Positions 9,923 through 18,711 of a stretch of DNA of 57,864 nt are shown one piece after another (position 1 is the first letter of the stretch; every line of letters begins with the position of its first letter). Position numbers and translations under genes: made by a program. The notes under the pieces are model-generated. The model saw only the letters and a program-made list of their open reading frames with translations. It did not search any database and was not told where the DNA came from. Origin of the DNA: an uncultured virus (IMG/VR IMGVR_UViG_3300027668_000009) (taxonomy: Duplodnaviria > Heunggongvirae > Uroviricota > Caudoviricetes); IMG/VR virus record IMGVR_UViG_3300027668_000009, one strand, 5' to 3'.

Positions 9923-10996
9923 TTAACTCGCATCTGTAGTCCTATCGTCTGCAAAACTTCGGGTAGAACCGTCATCATAAAATGTTACTGTCTCTGCGAC
10001 AACAAAGGTATCGGTTGGGTCAACTGAACCTACAAACTTCAAGTTTGTTTTTGCATCTATTGTGACTGCAGCGGAAACTACCATTGATAGTTTATTTGCA
10101 TTAATAGAAACAATGGTTGGATTGGTTCCCAAATTCGTTCCGAACACTTCATCGTTCACACTTACCTTTGTATTTATAGCTACTGGAAAAGTGATTGTAG
10201 TCGATGCTGATACGGCATTACTTCTGGCTGCAAATGCTGGTTCGTAATGTTTGACTTCTTTAACTAGACCACTACTATCTATTTCACTAGTAGTGAACAG
10301 ACCACTTGCAGTCTTAACTTGTCCTTGGACTCCGTCTGATATATAAATTCTTTCGATAACGTTCTTAATAACCTCTCCAGTATATACTGGGCCGAAGAAG
10401 TATAGTTTCATAGAGAACTCTAAAGTGTATTCTATAACACGTCTTTCTTCGAATGTACCTTCATATGAGTCTTCCATTGTCACTGAGTTAAGGATGATTG
10501 GTACATCTCTGTAATCAGTCATCGAATCAATCATCTTCATGGTAACTGTGTATTCGGGTTGGAAGTATGGTAGTATTTGTTCTACTATTTGTAGTGCATC
10601 ATTCATGTTCTTTGCAAGAATTGATAAACTAAATGTTAAATTGTATGGTGCTGGTTGGTATTGAAACCCTCTTTTTCCAGTATCGCTTCCTTCTAAAGAT
10701 GATTTACTATTTCTAATTAATTTGTTTTGTTGTCTAGTTGCATCATACTCAAATCCAGTAAGTTCAAATGCAAGTCTAGGCATACTGATTGCAGTTCTCA
10801 TACCATCATTAAGATTAGCATCTTCTGCTAGTCGTTGTAAGAACTTCTGTTTAGGCCCATAACTTATGGGTACTTTTGATTCTGTGAGTACAGTTCCGTC
10901 TGCCTTGACTTTCTTAACAGTTATGTTATTAAACAGAGTTCCAAATATGGAAACAGCACGTTTAAAAGTTTCATTATAAAAGTATGTCCCAAACAT
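9923..10996 (-). CDS. gp15: Tail sheath stabiliser/tail terminator with C-terminal extra domain
   Basis: FGTLFNNITV, VPISYGPKQKFL, QIVEQILPYFQP. Confidence 0.93.
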   Translation of the reverse strand: MFGTYFYNETFKRAVSIFGTLFNNITVKKVKADGTVLTESKVPISYGPKQKFLQRLAEDANLNDGMRTAISMPRLAFELTGFEYDATRQQNKLIRNSKSSLEGSDTGKRGFQYQPAPYNLTFSLSILAKNMNDALQIVEQILPYFQPEYTVTMKMIDSMTDYRDVPIILNSVTMEDSYEGTFEERRVIEYTLEFSMKLYFFGPVYTGEVIKNVIERIYISDGVQGQVKTASGLFTTSEIDSSGLVKEVKHYEPAFAARSNAVSASTTITFPVAINTKVSVNDEVFGTNLGTNPTIVSINANKLSMVVSAAVTIDAKTNLKFVGSVDPTDTFVVAETVTFYDDGSTRSFADDRTTDAS

Positions 10997-11859
10997 TATG
11001 TAACCTCACCAAATGGATTCGTCTCACTGAAGTCTAGGTAACCATCTGCCTTATCTTCAAAGTCTTTATTCTGTGCATTACCATCGTTAGCAAACGTCAG
11101 CACGTCTGTAATGGATTCTATGACTACTGTCTTACCACTTGTTGCACCGACTAGGGTGTCACCAACAGCAAGGGTTCTAGTAACATCCTTGATAGTAAGT
11201 TTACGAACGTTGTCTGTCACGCCTGGAGTCCAACCAATAACTTCACCAGTTGCAGCCCCACTATAATTGATAACTTCTTGAATAGTAAAGTCTCCACTTG
11301 TATTTGAAACAACCATTTCGATTGTGTATGCTTGTTCGTTCTCTACTAAGTCTATAACAGTTCCAGTATCGAAGTCTTCTCCACTGTACTCGAACAGTTC
11401 ACACTGCATCTTGAATACAAATAGTTTTCCGACTTGATAGAATGGATTCTCATGTTCTACAAATTTGATTTCAAACAAAGAACCACTGAGAGGGAAGTAA
11501 ATTAAATCTCCCTCGTTAGGTCTTAGTGATGTTGTAAGGTTTGAATCTAGGGAAATGAATCTCTCCCAAGTTCTTAATGATAATACAAAGGTTGCTTGGT
11601 CTCTTACTTGTACACCAAACTTGGACATTAAGTCCCCATCACCTTCAAATCCATCTGTATTTTCTAGATACATTTCTACTGCATAGGATTCTCCGAATGC
11701 AGATTGTACATCTTCACCGAGGATTGTGTCCTCTTCAACTACTTCTCTTGGTAGATAGTAGACTTCATGTCCATACATTCGTAATGATTCAACTACTATA
11801 TCTTCGTACAGGTGTTGTTCAGAATTAACTGCATGGTTAAAAAATACATTTGTTGGCAT
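10996..11859 (-). CDS. gp14: Neck protein
   Basis: YGHEVYYLPRE, RPNEGDLIYFP, FEIKFVEHENPFYQVGK, DFSETNPFG. Confidence 0.94.
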   Translation of the reverse strand: MPTNVFFNHAVNSEQHLYEDIVVESLRMYGHEVYYLPREVVEEDTILGEDVQSAFGESYAVEMYLENTDGFEGDGDLMSKFGVQVRDQATFVLSLRTWERFISLDSNLTTSLRPNEGDLIYFPLSGSLFEIKFVEHENPFYQVGKLFVFKMQCELFEYSGEDFDTGTVIDLVENEQAYTIEMVVSNTSGDFTIQEVINYSGAATGEVIGWTPGVTDNVRKLTIKDVTRTLAVGDTLVGATSGKTVVIESITDVLTFANDGNAQNKDFEDKADGYLDFSETNPFGEVT

Positions 11860-11863
11860 ATTG

Positions 11864-12679
11864 TTATCCCATTAAATCCATGACTGGCATTTCGAAATTC
11901 AGTCTTGACTCTTCTTCTAATCTTAATATCTCTTCTTGAGCTTCTGTTTTCATTTGAGCAGCGTCTAGTGTGACTCCGCCCGGCAATGCAATACCACTAA
12001 ATTTGGATAGGTTTTCTCCCCATTGATACTTAACTAATGCAGTACAATACTTCTTCAACCACATGTCATTGAATACGTCTGTCATATCTGTAGGGTCGAT
12101 TTTTCTGTAACACTCAATGATTAAGTATTCTCCAGTAACCAATCTAGATGCATCTAAGTTCATGTACAATCTGTTGCTGTGCATGTTGTAACTTATTGGT
12201 GTTCTTCCAACTAAAATATTGTTCATCAATGAAAGGTTCTGTTGAACCATGGAGTAATGTAATACATTTGTAGATGATAAGTCATGCATATCATTCAGTC
12301 TTAACTGATATCTTAAGTCAAACATATTGAGGTTTGATTTATCATTGAATGGTAGAATGTTTAGAACTGACAATACATGCTCTGGAAGAGTCAAGTAATT
12401 TTGTTGTTCTAGATATGTTTGACCGTCAACAGCTTGACCGCCACTTGTCGCTGCAGTATGAGACTCGTTAGTTTTGAACGAAGCAATTTGAGCTGCAGTA
12501 AGTTGGTGTTTTAGATAACACTTAATTGAACCGTCATAACAGAATTCTCTGAAGTATTGTAATGCTTCGTCGAGTCTATCGTCGAACTGGTCGTCATCTA
12601 CGTTGATTTCCAACACAGGTGCGCCTAGTTTTCTCTTGACGTATTCCTTAAGAGTAGCTTTTGAATTTGGTGAGGCCAT
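11864..12679 (-). CDS. gp13: Neck protein
   Basis: LGAPVLEINVDDDQ, WLKKYCTALVKYQWGENLSKFSGIALPGGVTL. Confidence 0.95.
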   Translation of the reverse strand: MASPNSKATLKEYVKRKLGAPVLEINVDDDQFDDRLDEALQYFREFCYDGSIKCYLKHQLTAAQIASFKTNESHTAATSGGQAVDGQTYLEQQNYLTLPEHVLSVLNILPFNDKSNLNMFDLRYQLRLNDMHDLSSTNVLHYSMVQQNLSLMNNILVGRTPISYNMHSNRLYMNLDASRLVTGEYLIIECYRKIDPTDMTDVFNDMWLKKYCTALVKYQWGENLSKFSGIALPGGVTLDAAQMKTEAQEEILRLEEESRLNFEMPVMDLMG

Positions 12680-12714
12680 AGTATTAATCCTAGTTTAATA
12701 CTATTTAGGTGTTT

Positions 12715-12975
12715 TTATTCTTGGAAATAAGTTTTGGTAGCGAGTTTATCTATTTTATCTGAGATACGGTTCATTTGGTCAAGAAGCTTCGTCATATCCC
12801 TCTCAATCTCTTCACGTGTGACATAGTCTTTTGCTATCTCTTCACGTGTTTTATTTAGTAGAATACCTTGTCGTGATACTTCTTGAAGTGTGTTCCTAAG
12901 AAGGAAACCAATAGGTACGATAACGAATACCGTAACGATATTCCATAGTATGTAAGGTGTGACTGTAAGTTCCAT
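12715..12975 (-). CDS. Small protein with N-terminal membrane anchor and coiled coil
   Basis: Hydrophobic ILWNIVTVFVIVPIGFLL then heptad-like charged tail; CATAAATA late-promoter variant at 12981-12988. Confidence 0.7.
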   Translation of the reverse strand: MELTVTPYILWNIVTVFVIVPIGFLLRNTLQEVSRQGILLNKTREEIAKDYVTREEIERDMTKLLDQMNRISDKIDKLATKTYFQE

Positions 12976-12992
12976 ACCTTTATTTATGAAAC

Positions 12993-13718
12993 CTATTTCA
13001 CCAAGGGGTTGCCTAGGGCATCTAAATTGAAAATAAATTCATCTATTGATGGTGGAGTATCTTGGGCGTCTCTTCTATCCGAACCTGCGTTCCCAATATG
13101 ATGTACTCTTGAATTGAATGATATACTGTATCTTTCTTTGTCGGTAGGATTAGGTTCTACCATATGCATTGCACCACTAGGAAACAATACAAGTCTTCCT
13201 CTAACTGGCATGTATCCGATACTCTCTTGATTTCTAGCAACGGATGGATGGTCTGCAACAACTTTAGGGTCACAGTTGATTAACTGAAGGTCTCCCTCGT
13301 CACCGTCTCCGTGTATGTAAAAGACTCCACTGTACCAACAACCATTATGTAAATGTGGTGTATTCCATGCACCCTTGTCATTGATGTTTGCCCATGTGTT
13401 ATCTATTTTGACTTGTGCATCGTCGGGATGAACTCTAAAGAATTGTTGTACTTCATCTCTCAACGTAGCTTCAATACATCTAATAATCTTTGCAAAGGCT
13501 GGATGTTTTTCAACACCATCTTGTGATTGCCAACCAGTATATCTATTTGATATCTGTCTACCCTTCGGGTCTCTTCTTCTCCACTCATCCATTTCTTTCT
13601 TAAGAGATATTAAGTATTCTTCTGATACTGAATCTTTACCATACCTTTCTTGGTCTAGTAAGTCTCTCTCAAATATGAATGTGGGGAATGCTAATCTAAC
13701 TGACATCTTGGTCTCCAA
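12993..13718 (-). CDS. 2OG-Fe(II) oxygenase-like protein (TIGR02466-type)
   Basis: FPTFIF start, WANIN...NTPHLH...YSGVFYI, LVLFPS..MHMVEPN...RYSISFN; true start may be MSVRLAFP. Confidence 0.85.
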   Translation of the reverse strand: METKMSVRLAFPTFIFERDLLDQERYGKDSVSEEYLISLKKEMDEWRRRDPKGRQISNRYTGWQSQDGVEKHPAFAKIIRCIEATLRDEVQQFFRVHPDDAQVKIDNTWANINDKGAWNTPHLHNGCWYSGVFYIHGDGDEGDLQLINCDPKVVADHPSVARNQESIGYMPVRGRLVLFPSGAMHMVEPNPTDKERYSISFNSRVHHIGNAGSDRRDAQDTPPSIDEFIFNLDALGNPLVK

Positions 13719-14592
13719 ATAATTCCAATTGTACTTCTTCTTTCTGTTCTAAGTCGGGGTTATGCATAGGACATTCGGGTGGTGGATTGTCTTCTTTAAA
13801 CATCTTACCCTTCTCATTCCAATACTTAATCCTTCTGTATGCACCTGCCATACCTTCGATATGTCTCTTCTCTTCTCTGAGTTCGGGTGACCTATTCCAC
13901 TCATCCATGGTCTTAAGTTTACTACCGTCTTCACCTTCTCTATGAGTGGTTCGAACGGAACGATTCTCTTGCCATGATTTATTGTCGTATGTTATGTATG
14001 ATGCTGTCCAATCTTCTCTTCTGTAAGGTATTATTTGAACTAAGGGTGTGCCTGCTTTGATTGTGAAATCTTTGTCTGTTCTAGGATAGAAAATAATCTG
14101 AGAGTTATCCATGTTAACATTGAATGCATCTGTATCAATCATACCTTGCCATGTTGCAAAATACTTATTCTGAAATAGGAATGGGTCTAGATATAGACAA
14201 GAATAGCCAGGCGGTGTGATAATGTTCCAAGGTGCTTTCATCTTGAATGCATCCCTTGTTGGTGCATCATCCTCGTGTAAGTATGTAAAGTGATGACCTG
14301 CTTGAGCAGCTGGATGTGTTGGGGATGATAATGAATCTCCCTTATCGGTATTTGCAGCTGAGGAGTTTGGACTTACTTTAACTTCCATATCTCTCTTTGC
14401 ACATATTAACCAACCAGTTTTTAACCAGTCATCCATAGCAGGACATGACCTTAGAGTCTGTGCCTTTTGTCCACGAATATTCTGTTGCACCTTCATGGTC
14501 TTCCACCAATCGGGTTGAATGGATTTTGCAAGAACTGGTCTCCAGTTCTCTACCGTTTCCTTATCGTATGTGGTGAATTCTATCGTAGGCAT
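13696..14592 (-). CDS. Conserved hypothetical protein of the type found beside phage 2OG-Fe(II) oxygenases
   Basis: TLRSCPAMDDWLKTGWLI, PWNIITPPGYSCLY, GMIDTD, IKAGTPLVQIIPYRR motifs; function unknown. Confidence 0.7.
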   Translation of the reverse strand: MPTIEFTTYDKETVENWRPVLAKSIQPDWWKTMKVQQNIRGQKAQTLRSCPAMDDWLKTGWLICAKRDMEVKVSPNSSAANTDKGDSLSSPTHPAAQAGHHFTYLHEDDAPTRDAFKMKAPWNIITPPGYSCLYLDPFLFQNKYFATWQGMIDTDAFNVNMDNSQIIFYPRTDKDFTIKAGTPLVQIIPYRREDWTASYITYDNKSWQENRSVRTTHREGEDGSKLKTMDEWNRSPELREEKRHIEGMAGAYRRIKYWNEKGKMFKEDNPPPECPMHNPDLEQKEEVQLELFGDQDVS

Positions 14593-15283
14593 CTTCCCCC
14601 CAGTTTACTTTGAGACTAATTTCGTCTCCTCTTATTACTAAAGAACGTCTATCCATGTATCGTGCTTTAGGTGAAGGTGCATCAGCACCATGTGGTATTC
14701 TTCCATCAAATATTAACAGTCTATTTGGTTTAAAATAAACCTCTTGTGTTTGATGATTCTTAATGTGGTCTGCTCTTCCATGTATTCCTTGTTGCATTTC
14801 ATCATACAATCTTAAAGAACCACCCCATGAGTCATTCCAAAATCTATTAGGATAGTATAGGAATGAAAGATTCCAATCATCTTGCATATCACAATCTGCA
14901 TGTGTAGTTCCTTCAAGTCCTTGAGTCTGAGAATTCAAACCAAAGTATTGAAACCTCTCCCACATAAATCCAAAGTCTGTTTGGAGTTTTCTATTTAACC
15001 AAGCCATTAGATATGTGTCTCTAGGTTCCATACCATCTTCTATTTTTTGGTCATGACCTCTGAAGAAACCTGCTCCCCAAAAACTATGATGAGGTAATCC
15101 TGTAGGACTATCTCCTCTAACTTGATTAGTTTTTGCCCAGTAACTTTTCTGTGTGATGGATTCGTCAATTCTATGATGCATAGTTTGACCTAGATAATCA
15201 TCTAGGACATATACCTTTTGTAAAGGCATATCTTTAATATGAAAGGGTTCGTTGATGAACTCTAACTCAACATCATCATACAT
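14561..15283 (-). CDS. 2OG-Fe(II) oxygenase, prolyl-hydroxylase-like
   Basis: HxD (THAD), WGGSL, PNRLLIFDGRIPH, distal R. Confidence 0.85.
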   Translation of the reverse strand: MYDDVELEFINEPFHIKDMPLQKVYVLDDYLGQTMHHRIDESITQKSYWAKTNQVRGDSPTGLPHHSFWGAGFFRGHDQKIEDGMEPRDTYLMAWLNRKLQTDFGFMWERFQYFGLNSQTQGLEGTTHADCDMQDDWNLSFLYYPNRFWNDSWGGSLRLYDEMQQGIHGRADHIKNHQTQEVYFKPNRLLIFDGRIPHGADAPSPKARYMDRRSLVIRGDEISLKVNWGEDAYDRIHHIR

Positions 15284-15286
15284 TGA

Positions 15287-15847
15287 CTAAACTCTTCTAG
15301 TATCTTCGGGTGCGTAAGGTGAAGGTATTTCACTCACATAAGAATCAAAGTCTTTCAAGAAATCTTCTCTTGTAGATTGTATCTCATTTGCAAGTTGGTC
15401 TAGAACACAATTGGCTGCATCTGCATATTCCATTACTCTTCTAGCGTTGTTTCTATGAGGATGGTTAGACCCTTCTCTTCCAGCATACATTGTTTCTGCA
15501 AGAGTATCAAAGTTATACTGTAAACATTCCTGTTCAACGTATTGTTTAGTTTGTCTGAAAAGAGATTCAACATATTGTTGATTGAGACTATGACCCATAG
15601 GTGGTTCACTGTTCTCAATATACTGTTCAATCATTTCACACTCTTCTTTCGAAAGTGCTACTTTTGTTTGTTGGTCAAATGATAGACCGTCTTCGTAATT
15701 GACTATCTTAACTTCGATATCGTCATAGACGATAACATCGAAATCAAAGTCAAAGGCTGGTTTGTCGACATTCTGATAGTCGTATTCTAGTCCGTTTGGT
15801 TTACGGATGAATAACGTTCCGTCACTGTCGTATATAAATGCATTCAT
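15287..15847 (-). CDS. Hypothetical acidic protein, possibly fibre assembly chaperone-like
   Basis: 186-aa ORF in operon; helical C-terminal half loosely recalls phage tail-fibre assembly proteins; function weakly supported. Confidence 0.55.
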   Translation of the reverse strand: MNAFIYDSDGTLFIRKPNGLEYDYQNVDKPAFDFDFDVIVYDDIEVKIVNYEDGLSFDQQTKVALSKEECEMIEQYIENSEPPMGHSLNQQYVESLFRQTKQYVEQECLQYNFDTLAETMYAGREGSNHPHRNNARRVMEYADAANCVLDQLANEIQSTREDFLKDFDSYVSEIPSPYAPEDTRRV

Positions 15848-15879
15848 AATTTAGTTCCTCTCAATATTATTGTATCACA

Positions 15880-17454
15880 TTAGTCGCCAATTGGCAACTT
15901 TCTTTTCCATTTTAAAAAGTCTTCAAGATTATTTATGGTGCTATAATCCATCCCTTTTACCCAAGGGCCACCACGTGTGTAGTGAATCCCGCTGTAGTTA
16001 TATTTCTCTTCGTGATTATCGTATCCTTCTACGAAGATATAGTGTTCGGGTATCTTGGATATCTTCTCCGTCCACTCAAATTGGTGTAACTGTTTTCCTG
16101 TCCATGTATTAACTACTTCGGGTGTTAACTTCTTACAGTCTTCATGACCATTGTTGAACACCATCATACTAGACCAAAGTTTCCTAGGGTAATCTATGTT
16201 AACCTCACCATCAAACTTTGTCTCATCATGTTTGTATTGTGGATACTGAATACATGCAACAGCATCATTAGGGTTTAAGTAGTAGAACATTGGTAGTATA
16301 CTCTTCTTAAAGATGAAATCATCATCAATAAAGATACTAAATCCTTCATAGTTCTCTAAGTAAGGTATTAAGAATCTACTGTATGTAAACTCAGTACTTT
16401 GATTTGCATACTCTCTAGTATACTCTTCAATCTCTGCAATGTCAAGTATTTTAACTTCGGGTGCCCAATGACATTGGTCATGCATCCATCCTTTACCAAA
16501 GCCTTGTTGAATACTTTCTAAGATTGCATACTTAGATACTTTTGATAAGTCTCCATGTCTACTGTCATGACCGATATAGATTGTAAGTGGTTTACCTTTT
16601 GCAAGGTCAAACATCTGTTTGTTGAATTCATGTACTTCATCTCTGAAATCTAAATCCATCAATGCAGTATTGTATTCGATACACCCATCCACGTATGTAC
16701 ATGAGATATGATATGGTTTATTTAATCTTTCACACTTATTATACCACATCTGTAATACGCTGTCAAGGCTTGATGGTTCTACTTTGACCACATCATAACT
16801 ATCTAAGACCATGATTTCCATATCATTATCTTGCAACTCTTCAAAGACACCCGAACGAATAGAGCCTGGATGTATTCTAAAGGTATAAGTAGGTTCAGTA
16901 TTCAAACCAGTAATACCATTCTCAATTACGTAACCTTGAATAGGAGCTCTAAGACCTTCTTCTTGAATACTCTGAATTAACCAATGTGCTTTTGCACCAT
17001 GATAATACATTGATAGTAATGAACCTTCTGACTGTTCATTTCTGTCTACACCTTCCCAATCGATTAATGTGTCTAAATTAACATACCCATCTGCATCTTT
17101 CATGTCCATTCCAGCATGGCCTGGAATTGGTGTCCTAGGTTTCTCTGCATATCCTACTGGTAAAAACTTGTTATATATTACGGATTCATTTCTAAGACCA
17201 TTGAACCCACCAAATCTATTGTCCTTTCTTAGATACTCAAAGTCTTTCCACTTTGCAACTTTTACTGGGGGTAGAATTTCATCGAACAACCATTCTAATA
17301 TCTTGTATGATTCTTTGGTTTTATCTATGCTATCGAGATTAAAAGCACCTAGATGATAGGGCCCAAGGGATTGTCTGTCTTGTGACGTAAGATTTTTCCA
17401 ATCTTGTTTTGAGATAAGTTCTTTCGCTTGTTCTAAGGTCTCAATTTTCTGCAT
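15880..17454 (-). CDS. Two-domain protein: N-terminal ParB/Srx-like domain plus C-terminal GT-A glycosyltransferase
   Basis: C-half IYIGHDSR, STEFTYSRFLIPYL, DDD (DxD), YPRKLWSS, HYTRGGPW; N-half WLIQSIQEEGLRAPIQG...IHPGSIR. Confidence 0.8.
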   Translation of the reverse strand: MQKIETLEQAKELISKQDWKNLTSQDRQSLGPYHLGAFNLDSIDKTKESYKILEWLFDEILPPVKVAKWKDFEYLRKDNRFGGFNGLRNESVIYNKFLPVGYAEKPRTPIPGHAGMDMKDADGYVNLDTLIDWEGVDRNEQSEGSLLSMYYHGAKAHWLIQSIQEEGLRAPIQGYVIENGITGLNTEPTYTFRIHPGSIRSGVFEELQDNDMEIMVLDSYDVVKVEPSSLDSVLQMWYNKCERLNKPYHISCTYVDGCIEYNTALMDLDFRDEVHEFNKQMFDLAKGKPLTIYIGHDSRHGDLSKVSKYAILESIQQGFGKGWMHDQCHWAPEVKILDIAEIEEYTREYANQSTEFTYSRFLIPYLENYEGFSIFIDDDFIFKKSILPMFYYLNPNDAVACIQYPQYKHDETKFDGEVNIDYPRKLWSSMMVFNNGHEDCKKLTPEVVNTWTGKQLHQFEWTEKISKIPEHYIFVEGYDNHEEKYNYSGIHYTRGGPWVKGMDYSTINNLEDFLKWKRKLPIGD

Positions 17455-17491
17455 GATGTCTCCATAATATCTGTCCTATATTTAGGTAGAC

Positions 17492-17516
17492 AAAAAAAAC
17501 CCCTCTTTCGAGGGGT
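17492..17516 (-). terminator. Intrinsic terminator after repeat gene A
   Basis: Minus strand ACCCCTC-GAAA-GAGGGGT followed by a T run; CTAAATA late-promoter variant just downstream (17479-17485). Confidence 0.9.
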
Positions 17517-17544
17517 CTTTATTCACTGTCGGGTAAGTTCCTAC

Positions 17545-18663
17545 CTATGCTGAAATTGGTGTTGCAGGCCACTGTTGTGAACCAACTCCATCCCATCTTG
17601 CTTCGGGGGTTTGACCCTGTCTTGCATATGTGAACGGACTTCTATGTTGGTACGTAAACGGTGTCTGACCAGTTCTATTGTAAGTAAACGGACTTCTATG
17701 TTGATATGTGAAAGGTGTTTGACCTTGTCTAGCATATGTACTAGGAGACCTGTGACTGTACGTAAACGGTGTCTGTCCAGTTCTTTGATACGTAAACGGT
17801 GTTTGTGCATTTCTTATATTAGGTTCTTGACCTGTTGCGATATAAGGGAAGTTAACCGCTGCATTTCTTATGTTAGGTTCTTGTGCATTTACAGGGTTTC
17901 TATAAGTGAACGGTGACCTATGTTGATAAGTAGCAGGTTGTCTAGCATTAGAAGGGTTCTGATAAGTGAACGGACTTCTATGGTTATACGTAAACGGTGA
18001 CTGACTGTTTCTAATATTAGGTTCCTGTGAAGAACGGATATTAGGTTCTTGGTTGTTTCTAATATTAGGCTCTTGTGCAGATACAGGGTTTCTGTAAGTG
18101 AACGGTGACCTATGGTTGTACGTAAATGGTGCTTGGTTATTCCTAATGTTAGGTTCTTGTATAGACCTAATGTTCGGTTCTTGAATACTTCTAATGTTAG
18201 GCTCTTGTGCAGATACAGGACTTCTGTAAGTGAACGGTGACCTGTAGTTGTACGTATATGGTGACCTATGGTTGTAAGTACTAGGTTGTCTTGCATTATT
18301 AGGCTGTCTTGCATTTGCAATATACGGTTGTCTATATGTAAACGGTTGCCTTGCACTGTTAGGTTGTCTTGCATTTGCAATATACGGTTGTCTATATGTA
18401 AACGGTTGTCTTGCATTATTAGGCTGTCTTGCACTTACTGGATGTCTGTATGTAAACGGATTCTGAAACGTAAATGGATTCTGTCCATTTGCTGGATATC
18501 TTGCGTTATATGTAAATGGTGCTTGGAATGTAAATGGTTGTTGAGCATTCGCAGGGTATCTTGCACTATATGTAAACGGTTGCTGTGATATCGAAGGCGA
18601 CCTTACGTTCACACTCGACTGAGCATTACGGATATTCGGTTGTTGTCTGTACCCTATTGGCAT
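17545..18663 (-). CDS. Pro-punctuated repeat protein A (mirror partner of B), putative fibre chain
   Basis: 372 aa = 8 + 344 repeat + 20; AGGA SD upstream. Confidence 0.85.
   Translation of the reverse strand: MPIGYRQQPNIRNAQSSVNVRSPSISQQPFTYSARYPANAQQPFTFQAPFTYNARYPANGQNPFTFQNPFTYRHPVSARQPNNARQPFTYRQPYIANARQPNSARQPFTYRQPYIANARQPNNARQPSTYNHRSPYTYNYRSPFTYRSPVSAQEPNIRSIQEPNIRSIQEPNIRNNQAPFTYNHRSPFTYRNPVSAQEPNIRNNQEPNIRSSQEPNIRNSQSPFTYNHRSPFTYQNPSNARQPATYQHRSPFTYRNPVNAQEPNIRNAAVNFPYIATGQEPNIRNAQTPFTYQRTGQTPFTYSHRSPSTYARQGQTPFTYQHRSPFTYNRTGQTPFTYQHRSPFTYARQGQTPEARWDGVGSQQWPATPISA
17608..18639 (-). repeat. Array of 47 units of 6/8/10 aa (PFTYxHRS, PNIRxxQx, PFTYRN, PVSAQE, PYIANARQ...)
   Basis: Parsed from translation; includes a near-perfect 60-nt tandem repeat around 18285-18432. 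Confidence 0.9.
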
Positions 18664-18711
18664 CTTAATAGTCCTGTTAAATTATTTGTCATTGTCATAT
18701 GTCTCATCAGC

